Shown: positions 11,515 through 18,910 of the stretch, piece after piece
Position numbering within the stretch: the stretch's first letter is position 1
Layout: every line of letters begins with the position of its first letter
Source: Calditrichaceae bacterium
Lineage (GTDB): Bacteria; Calditrichota; Calditrichia; Calditrichales; JBFXGD01
DNA length: 28,229 bases
Assembly: GCA_050178385.1 (NCBI GenBank)
Contig: JBFXGD010000032.1
Span: 1 to 28,229 of the forward strand
Direction: 5' to 3'
The notes under the pieces: generated by a model
Databases searched by the model: none
Seen by the model: the letters and a program-made list of their open reading frames with translations, nothing else
What the model was told of the DNA's origin: nothing
Position numbers and translations under genes: made by a program

Positions 11515-12686
11515 TAAAAAATATTTCGGGATTGGTTATTCCAAAAGCTGTGAATCGATATTTGTTAAGTATAGCGGGGGTGGGATTACTTATTTTTGTC
11601 GCTGGTCTGTTTACCGCGCCGGGTCGTATATGGCCTAATTTTTTGATCGCGGAATTTTATTTGATCAGTCTTGGTCTTGGAGGCGCGTTTTTTATTGCCG
11701 TTTTATATGTTTCCAATGCCGGATGGGGAACGGCATTCCGCAGAATCCCGGAAGCAGTCATGTCAACTTTGCCCGCGGCGGCGATCGGAGCTATCATACT
11801 AGTTTTCGGGATACATACGCTATACGAATGGAGTCATCACTCTGTTGTGGTCAGCGATGATATATTGAGCGGAAAAGCAGGGTGGCTGAATAAGAGTTTT
11901 TTTATTAGCCGATTAGTATTTTATTTCTTTATCTGGATTTTCTTTACTAAGATCATCGAAAAAAATTCAAGGCTTCAGGATCAAAATGGCGATGTTCTTT
12001 ATACAAAAAAAAATGTTCGAAACTCGGCCATATTTATCATTCTGGGAGCTTATACTTTCGCTCTGGCCAGCATTGACCTGCTGATGTCGCTGCAGCCGCA
12101 TTGGTACAGCACTGTCTTTGGATTTCTGTCTATCTCGGGAATGTTCCTCAGCGGACTGGCGATCATTACAGTATTTATGGTAATTATGCGAAATCTTGGA
12201 TACAAACATATTTACACAACAGATCACCTGCAGGATATGGGACGGCTGCTCATGTCGTTCAGCGTATTTTGGGTCTATATGTGGGTTTCACAGCATATGC
12301 TTATCTGGTATTCGAATATACCCGAAGAAACCTCCTATTATATTTTCCGGCATTTCGGGGGATGGGGATCATTATCATTTTTAAATGTGATTCTAAACTG
12401 GCTGATTCCCTTTCTGGTATTACTGCCGCGCTCCACAAAAAGGAATGATAAAATTATGCTGTATATGGCTGTGGTCATCCTTATCGGTCACTGGCTTGAT
12501 CTTTATATAATGGTAATGCCGACAGTATTTGGAGCTGAACCGGCTTTTAGCATCTGGGAAATTGGACCCATGATGGTTGTACTCTCTGGGTTCTTCTGGA
12601 TTGTGTTTAAGCGGCTCTCCAAAGGAAATCTTATCCCTGTGAATGATCCGTATCTGGTTGAAAGTCTTCCGCAGCATGAACATTAG
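11511..12686 (+). CDS. actF: Alternative Complex III subunit F (NrfD-like membrane subunit)
   Basis: ATGA overlap with actE. Motifs RRIPEA, YEW, DLLMSLQPHWYSTVFG, QHMLIWYSNIPEE and GHWLDLY. Confidence 0.9.
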   Translation: MIKNISGLVIPKAVNRYLLSIAGVGLLIFVAGLFTAPGRIWPNFLIAEFYLISLGLGGAFFIAVLYVSNAGWGTAFRRIPEAVMSTLPAAAIGAIILVFGIHTLYEWSHHSVVVSDDILSGKAGWLNKSFFISRLVFYFFIWIFFTKIIEKNSRLQDQNGDVLYTKKNVRNSAIFIILGAYTFALASIDLLMSLQPHWYSTVFGFLSISGMFLSGLAIITVFMVIMRNLGYKHIYTTDHLQDMGRLLMSFSVFWVYMWVSQHMLIWYSNIPEETSYYIFRHFGGWGSLSFLNVILNWLIPFLVLLPRSTKRNDKIMLYMAVVILIGHWLDLYIMVMPTVFGAEPAFSIWEIGPMMVVLSGFFWIVFKRLSKGNLIPVNDPYLVESLPQHEH

Positions 12687-12705
12687 TTAAATCACGGATG
12701 TCATT

Positions 12706-13119
12706 TTGAGATTATCAAAAACCACCGAATATGCCATCAGAGCTTTGATTTATCTTGCAAACGATGAGAAGCAAATTTATTCCGTCAATTATCTTCATAA
12801 GGAATTGGATATACCCTACAAATACCTGGCTAAACTGATGCATAATTTATCGGAAGCGGGATTTGTTTATTCTGTGCAGGGTAATCAGGGCGGATATCGG
12901 ATTAACAGGAATAAATCAGATATCTATCTATATCAAATTGTCGATGTTGTGGAAGGCCTTGACGATTATTCCCGCTGTATCCTGGGGTTTGACAAATGCA
13001 ATGATGAAGACCCTTGTCCTATGCACTTTTACTGGACGGAAGAAAGAGGGCATCTTACGGAGATGTTGTATAAGATATCGCTGAATGACCTTTGTAAAAG
13101 CCTCAAGAAAAGAATTTGA
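12706..13119 (+). CDS. Rrf2-family Fe-S transcriptional regulator
   Basis: MRLSKTTEYAIRALIYLA N-terminus; wHTH with SVQGNQGGY; C-terminal C-x6-C-x5-C-x2-H. TTG start. Confidence 0.92.
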   Translation: MRLSKTTEYAIRALIYLANDEKQIYSVNYLHKELDIPYKYLAKLMHNLSEAGFVYSVQGNQGGYRINRNKSDIYLYQIVDVVEGLDDYSRCILGFDKCNDEDPCPMHFYWTEERGHLTEMLYKISLNDLCKSLKKRI

Positions 13120-13217
13120 TCAAACTGATTTCCGATTCTAACCACTATATTGAAATGATTCCCGCTCGATAATTTGATCTTTCGGTTTCAATTAAATCCA
13201 AAAAAACACCTAATTTT

Positions 13218-13246
13218 TTGCATGTGATATTTAATATTTGTATATT
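13218..13246 (+). promoter_or_regulatory. Putative sigma70 promoter upstream of the qNor gene
   Basis: TTGCAT (13218-13223), 17-bp spacer, TATATT (13241-13246). The AT-rich context makes a chance match possible. Confidence 0.45.
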
Positions 13247-13290
13247 CCCACTCGCTGGTGGTAATTAAGGCAATATTTTTTTATATGTAT

Positions 13291-13332
13291 ATACTACCGT
13301 CACATAGCATTTGGTGCCGGTAGTATTTTTTT
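13291..13332 (+). terminator. Intrinsic-terminator-like hairpin in the rrf2-nor intergenic region
   Basis: ATACTACCGTCAC ... GTGCCGGTAGTAT forms a 13-bp stem with one mismatch, followed by a T tract ending at 13332. Confidence 0.6.
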
Positions 13333-13377
13333 AAACACAAATACCACATGAAGGTAGAAATACAAACTGGAGGTTAT

Positions 13378-15594
13378 ATGAACAATTTTATTGAGCGGCT
13401 GATGAGCAGGAAAGGGCTCTACGCGTCGTTCTGGTTTATCGCTATCGTTATGGTGGCGGCGCTCATTTACTATTCAGCGGGACTTGTGAAAGAAGTGCCG
13501 CCGATACCGGAACAGGTTGTCTCAGAATCCGGTGAAGTTCTTTATTCATACGATGATATTGTTGAAGGAAAGGGATATTTCCAGCAGTTTGATTTAATGG
13601 ATTACGGCACACTGCTGGGTATGGGAGCATATCTTGGCCCGGACTTTACATCAGACTTTTTCCATAAACGCGCCGAATTTCTATATGACTATTATGGTAA
13701 GGAAATGTATGGTGTTCCCATGTCATCATTAACAGAAGAACAAACAGGCGCGGTGAAGGTCAGAGTTAAAAACGACTTTCACAAAAAAACAATATTAACG
13801 GAAAAAAGTGTGGTTTATACCGCCGCTTCAACTGCCGCCTATAAAGCAAATGTTGATTATCTTGTCGATTTTCTGGTTAATGGAAACAGGGAGAAGGGAT
13901 TTACCGGCGGGGTGATCAGAACGGATGAAGCCGTTAAAATTGCCGCGTTTGTGGATTGGTCTCAGATGGTGTCCTCATCCATTCGTCCGGGAACAGATTA
14001 TACCTGGTCGAATAACTGGCCGCACGAACCTTTGGTTGATCAGGATTCAAGCTGGAATAATGTATTCTGGTCGCTTATGCAGCTTCTGCTTTTATGGACG
14101 CTGACCATTATCGTGTTTTATCTGCTCTATGAATATGTCATCAAACGTGATAAAAATGAGCAGCCGGAACCTCCGCTTAAAATTGAGAAATTATTTCCGT
14201 CACAGAAGAAACTTCTTAAATATGTTCCGGTAGTGACGCTGTTTTTTCTTCTCCAGGTCATTCTTGGCGGATATATTGCTCATATTTATACAGATCCGGC
14301 AAATGATTTTATTATTTCTCAAAATATCCTGCCGTTCAATGTCATGCGCGCACTGCACGTCAATATCGCCATTGTCTGGGTGACAATCGGCTGGCTCGTA
14401 GGGGGTATGTTTATCGCTCCTCTTGTCGGTAAGGAAGATCTTCGATTCCCATGGCTGGTGGATGTATTATGGCTGGCACTGCTAGTTGTCGGCGCCGGCG
14501 GATTGTACGGTATTTATATGGGTGCCACCGGTGAGATGCGTGAAGTATGGTTCTGGTTAGGAAACGAAGGGCGTGAATATCTTAATCTTGGCCGTGTTTG
14601 GGATATTGGTCTTGTGGTGGGACTTGTTCTCTGGTTTTTCATGGTATATACAACCATCCGCAAGGCAAAAACGAACAATGTGATGGTCGGGACTATTATA
14701 TGGTCCGCATTTGGTATCGCCACTTTATATATGGCGGGTATGGCTCCTGTGCACAAAATAATGCCAAATTTCACTATCGATGATTATTACCGCTGGTGGG
14801 TTGTTCATCTATGGGTTGAGTTGACATTTGAACTATTCGCTGCCGGTGTTCTGGCTTATTTAACCGTCGTGCTGGGTCTTGTGCCAAGAAAAACAGCTGA
14901 ACGCGTTATGTTGTTCGAATTGTTTCTGGTCGCGCTCTCGGGTACCCTCGGAGTGGGACACCATGTCTGGTGGCAGGGAACGGATCAATACTGGATTGCC
15001 ATTGGCAGCACCTTCTCAGCTCTGGAACCGGTACCATTGGTTGTGCTGATGATTGAAGCCTGGAAAGAGTACAAAAAGATACAGACTGAAGGGACAAATT
15101 TTGCATTCAAAACACCGTTTATGTGGCTGACCGGTTCCGCTATCCTGAACTGGTTCGGCGCGGGATTCCTCGGAATGGTGATTAATACACCTGAAGTTAA
15201 CTACTATGCGCATGGCACTTATTTGATTATGCCTCATGGTCATGTAGCATTGCTTGGCGCTTTCGGTTACATTGCCATCGCGTTTATTTATATAACGGCA
15301 AGAGCCAATGCCATGGCCAAAGGTCTGGTATGGAAGGAAACATTAAGCCGCTGGGGATTCTGGTTGGTAACCGTCGGAATAATCCTGTATACAGTCCCGA
15401 CTCTTGTTATCGGATTTGAGCAGGCTAAAGTTGCCTCGGAACTTGGGTATTATGCAGCCCGAAGCAGGGAGACTCTTGAAAGCATGGGATTCTGGCTCTG
15501 GATTCGTCTTGTACCGGATACAATGCTCATATTAGGAGCATCGCTCGTATTTATTGATTCATTACAAAAAACATTTCTGGCAAAAAAAGCTTAA
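13378..15594 (+). CDS. norZ: Quinol-dependent nitric oxide reductase (qNor, heme-copper oxidase superfamily)
   Basis: GGAGG RBS before ATG 13378. Motifs GAYLGPDF, WSNNWP, RALH, WWVVHLWVE..FE, GVGHH, SALEPVP, HGH and RLVPD. N-terminal soluble domain lacks CxxCH. Confidence 0.88.
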   Translation: MNNFIERLMSRKGLYASFWFIAIVMVAALIYYSAGLVKEVPPIPEQVVSESGEVLYSYDDIVEGKGYFQQFDLMDYGTLLGMGAYLGPDFTSDFFHKRAEFLYDYYGKEMYGVPMSSLTEEQTGAVKVRVKNDFHKKTILTEKSVVYTAASTAAYKANVDYLVDFLVNGNREKGFTGGVIRTDEAVKIAAFVDWSQMVSSSIRPGTDYTWSNNWPHEPLVDQDSSWNNVFWSLMQLLLLWTLTIIVFYLLYEYVIKRDKNEQPEPPLKIEKLFPSQKKLLKYVPVVTLFFLLQVILGGYIAHIYTDPANDFIISQNILPFNVMRALHVNIAIVWVTIGWLVGGMFIAPLVGKEDLRFPWLVDVLWLALLVVGAGGLYGIYMGATGEMREVWFWLGNEGREYLNLGRVWDIGLVVGLVLWFFMVYTTIRKAKTNNVMVGTIIWSAFGIATLYMAGMAPVHKIMPNFTIDDYYRWWVVHLWVELTFELFAAGVLAYLTVVLGLVPRKTAERVMLFELFLVALSGTLGVGHHVWWQGTDQYWIAIGSTFSALEPVPLVVLMIEAWKEYKKIQTEGTNFAFKTPFMWLTGSAILNWFGAGFLGMVINTPEVNYYAHGTYLIMPHGHVALLGAFGYIAIAFIYITARANAMAKGLVWKETLSRWGFWLVTVGIILYTVPTLVIGFEQAKVASELGYYAARSRETLESMGFWLWIRLVPDTMLILGASLVFIDSLQKTFLAKKA

Positions 15595-15603
15595 TATAAA
15601 CAC

Positions 15604-15635
15604 AAGACGGAGGGGTATCCCTCCGTTTTTGTTTT
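15604..15635 (+). terminator. Rho-independent terminator after qNor
   Basis: ACGGAGGG-GTAT-CCCTCCGT hairpin followed by a T-rich tract, about 10 nt after the stop. Confidence 0.85.
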
Positions 15636-15824
15636 ACATACCGGAATACTATCAACATCCGCAAAATTTTACGTATAATTCAAAATACTTCCAAATTTTA
15701 AAATTAATCCCTTAAATATTTGATTTTTATGTACTAATTTATCATTTTTTAGATATACATAACATTTATTCTCTCAAACAAAAATATGAATTATACTATC
15801 CACTAATTATTATGAGGTGAGAAT

Positions 15825-16718
15825 TTGCTGACACCTGTCATATTTGGCGAAGTACTATTTGATATATTTGAATCGACTCACTCCGTACTTGGAGGGGCGC
15901 CGTTCAATGTAGCCTGGCATTTAACCGGATTCGGTATGAATCCGGTTTTCATAAGCCGGGTCGGAAATGACGCGCCTGGAACGGAGGTATTAAAAAAAAT
16001 GAGTTCATGGGGTATGAATAAAAGCGGAGTACAGACTGACCACGAGCATCCGACAGGGAGAGTAAGGGTTGAAATGCATGATAAGGAACCGGAGTACACC
16101 ATTGAATCCGATCAGGCGTATGATTTTATCGCTCCCCCGGAACCGGCGGTTTTGCAACATGTGGATCAGACCATTCTTTATCACGGTTCTCTCGCTCTGC
16201 GAAATGCACAATCCCGGCTTGCGCTGTCTGATTTGAAAAAACGTTCACCGGTATTAGTCTTTTTTGATGTAAATTTGCGTCAGCCATGGTGGAAAAAAGA
16301 AACAATTCTGGAAGAACTATCAGATACGGACTGGTTAAAGTGTAATGAACAGGAACTGAAAGAAATCATCCGTTTGATGGGTACGCCGGAAAAAACCAGG
16401 GAAAAGCTGGCATTCCGGGTGATCGAATATTTTGATTTGAAAGGTATTGTGGTGACTATGGGCAGCAAAGGCGCCTTGATGGTCAGAAATGACGGTGATG
16501 TCCGTTATACTAATCCTAATCCGGTCGCGGAATTGGTTGATACGGTTGGGGCAGGAGACGCTTTTGCGGCGGTCACGATCATGGGGTTGCTTAAAAATTG
16601 GGAAGGGCAGCAAATTTTAGACAGAGCTTCTGAATTTGCCGCGGAGATCTGCCGGATAAGGGGAGCGACGATAGAAAGGCTTGAACTTTATCAATCGAAA
16701 AATGAATTATGGGGGTAA
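15825..16718 (+). CDS. PfkB-family carbohydrate kinase, probable fructokinase
   Basis: Motifs FGEVLFD, GGAPFNVA, FDVNLR and the PfkB signature DTVGAGDAF. TTG start with GAGGTG RBS; first gene of the sucrose cluster. Confidence 0.9.
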   Translation: MLTPVIFGEVLFDIFESTHSVLGGAPFNVAWHLTGFGMNPVFISRVGNDAPGTEVLKKMSSWGMNKSGVQTDHEHPTGRVRVEMHDKEPEYTIESDQAYDFIAPPEPAVLQHVDQTILYHGSLALRNAQSRLALSDLKKRSPVLVFFDVNLRQPWWKKETILEELSDTDWLKCNEQELKEIIRLMGTPEKTREKLAFRVIEYFDLKGIVVTMGSKGALMVRNDGDVRYTNPNPVAELVDTVGAGDAFAAVTIMGLLKNWEGQQILDRASEFAAEICRIRGATIERLELYQSKNELWG

Positions 16719-16720
16719 AA

Positions 16721-18910
16721 ATGACGAGCAATGAAGCGGATGGTCTGTACATTCTGCTGTTAAGTATTCACGGTCTCGTTAAGGGGCAAAGTCCGGAACT
16801 GGGACGTGACGCGGATACCGGGGGGCAGATAAAATATGTGGTTGAATTTGCGCAGGCTCTCTCAAAAAATCCGCGGGTCAAGCGGGTGGATTTGCTGACA
16901 AGACTGATTACCGATAATAAAGTTGATGAAATTTACAGCCGGCATCTGGAAAAAATATCAGATAAGGCGAATATCGTGAGAATACCTTGCGGTCCGGGAA
17001 GATATCTAAGGAAAGAAGTACTTTGGAACTATCTGGATGTGTTTTCTGATCAGGCCGTACAGTATATAAGACGCGCGGGTCAGGTTCCGGATATCATACA
17101 CGGTCATTATGCGGATGCGGGTTATGTGGGCGCTCAGATATCCCGGCTGCTTGGTGTGCCTTTCATTTTCACCGGTCATTCCCTGGGAAGAATTAAGAAA
17201 GAGCATTTAATGGAAAAGGGCATGATTATTCCGAAAATGGAAGCCCGCTACAACATAAGTCACCGGATCGACGCGGAAGAATTTGCTCTGGATACCGCCG
17301 CGCGCGTTGTGACCAGTACCGTTCAGGAAGTGGAAGAACAGTATAAAATTTATGAAAATTACGCGCCTGAAAGGATGGTTGTCATACCACCGGGTGTTGA
17401 TCTGGAGATATTTTCGCCATCTTCCCATCCCGGGGCGGCATCAAAAATTACGGAGGATATAAATAAGTTTTTATCCGACAGAAAAAAACGAATGATTCTG
17501 GCTATGTCGAGAGCCGATGAAAGAAAAAATATTGAGGCGCTCATCCATGCCTATGCGGGGAATGAATATTTGCGAAATAATGCAAATCTTGTTATTATTG
17601 CCGGCAACCGCAATGATATAAAATCCCTTGAAAAGGGGTCGCGAAAAGTTCTTACCAATATTCTGCTGCTTATTGATAAATATGACCTGTATGGAAAAGT
17701 GGCATATCCCAAAAGTCATGCTCCAGAAGATGTACCAGATATATACAGAATGGCCACTAAGTCAAAAGGAGTATTTGTAAATCCTGCCCTGACTGAACCA
17801 TTCGGGCTGACTATTATTGAAGCTGCCGCGAGTGGATTGCCCGTGGTGGCGACAAATGACGGCGGTCCAAATGATATCATAAGCAATTGCAGAAACGGCC
17901 TGCTGGTTGATCCTCTGGATCCGGAGAAAATGGGAAAAGCGGTTCAGAAGGTGATTGAGGACAGGAATCAATGGAAAGTTTATTCGAAAAACGGTCTAAA
18001 AGGTGTGAAAAAATATTATTCATGGAATAGTCATGTAAAAAAATATCTATCGATGACAAATAAAATTCTTAATAAAGGAGCTTATAGACAGAATGTCATG
18101 AGACTTGCGAAAAGCCGTTTGCCTTTAGTTGATAGAATGATAATCACGGATATCGATAATACGCTCCTGGGTGACGCGGAGGCTTTAAGAGAATTTATCG
18201 AATATCTGAAAATGCATGGAGAACATACCGGGCTTGGCATAGCAACGGGAAGACGGCTGGAGAGCGCCATTGAGGTGCTTTCTGAATCGGGTCTGCCGAT
18301 ACCAGATGTATTTATCACCTCCGTTGGAAGTGAAATCAACTATGGTCCGGAAAAAATTGAAGACCGTACCTGGTCACACCATTTGAAGTATTATTGGAAA
18401 CCCGAATTAATAAGGGATGTTCTCGGGAAACTTGAGGGTTTGAGATTACAGCCGGACATTGACCAGAGAAAATATAAAATAAGTTATTATCTGGATCCCG
18501 GGAACGCTCCCGGAAGAAACAAAATTATCGGTCACCTGAGAAAACACAAGTTGCGTGTAAAAGTCATTCATTCCCATAATGCTTACCTTGATATATTACC
18601 AATCCGCGCTTCAAAGGGTCTGGCTGTCAGATATCTGGCGATGAAATGGGGTTTACCGCCCGAGAGAATACTGGTGGCCGGTGATTCCGGAAATGACGAA
18701 GAAATGTTAAGGGGAAATATGCTGGGAGTTGTTGTGGGGAATTTTAGTTCTGAACTTAAACGACTTTACGGAAAACCAAGGATATATTTTGCTGAGAACA
18801 CTTATGCCAGAGGTATATTAGAAGGAATTAAGCACTACAATTTTTTTGGAGAACAGATTATAACGGGAGAGGAAAATGAATATGAATATGATTCAGAAAA
18901 CCATAGATGA
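16721..18910 (+). CDS. sps: Sucrose-phosphate synthase (GT4) fused to a HAD sucrose-phosphate phosphatase domain
   Basis: GT4 motifs [32 protein letters not shown] and [15 protein letters not shown] motifs TDIDNT, ATGR, SKG and GDSGND. Start is 16721 or the in-frame ATG at 16709. Confidence 0.94.
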   Translation: MTSNEADGLYILLLSIHGLVKGQSPELGRDADTGGQIKYVVEFAQALSKNPRVKRVDLLTRLITDNKVDEIYSRHLEKISDKANIVRIPCGPGRYLRKEVLWNYLDVFSDQAVQYIRRAGQVPDIIHGHYADAGYVGAQISRLLGVPFIFTGHSLGRIKKEHLMEKGMIIPKMEARYNISHRIDAEEFALDTAARVVTSTVQEVEEQYKIYENYAPERMVVIPPGVDLEIFSPSSHPGAASKITEDINKFLSDRKKRMILAMSRADERKNIEALIHAYAGNEYLRNNANLVIIAGNRNDIKSLEKGSRKVLTNILLLIDKYDLYGKVAYPKSHAPEDVPDIYRMATKSKGVFVNPALTEPFGLTIIEAAASGLPVVATNDGGPNDIISNCRNGLLVDPLDPEKMGKAVQKVIEDRNQWKVYSKNGLKGVKKYYSWNSHVKKYLSMTNKILNKGAYRQNVMRLAKSRLPLVDRMIITDIDNTLLGDAEALREFIEYLKMHGEHTGLGIATGRRLESAIEVLSESGLPIPDVFITSVGSEINYGPEKIEDRTWSHHLKYYWKPELIRDVLGKLEGLRLQPDIDQRKYKISYYLDPGNAPGRNKIIGHLRKHKLRVKVIHSHNAYLDILPIRASKGLAVRYLAMKWGLPPERILVAGDSGNDEEMLRGNMLGVVVGNFSSELKRLYGKPRIYFAENTYARGILEGIKHYNFFGEQIITGEENEYEYDSENHR

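Noticed and set aside
12005..12013. A9 run inside actF (also an intergenic A9 at 5902-5910)
   Set aside because: The frame is intact, the run is not at a domain boundary, and A-runs are frequent in this AT-rich sequence; there is no support for programmed slippage.
5215..12686. Reading the cluster as Nrf nitrite reductase, polysulfide reductase or Qrc
   Set aside because: There is no NrfA (CxxCK) gene. The fused B subunit plus DUF3341, a monoheme cytochrome and a second NrfD-like protein match the actABCDEF architecture.
13115..13200. FNR/DNR box upstream of nor (TTGAT half-sites)
   Set aside because: The half-sites do not form TTGAT-N4-ATCAA with correct spacing.
13378..15594. NO dismutase (Nod) interpretation of the qNor-like gene
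   Set aside because: Nod proteins lose an FeB His, catalytic Glu and quinol-site residues. Here HLWVE, GHH, SALE, HGH and the quinol-site His/Asp equivalents are all retained.
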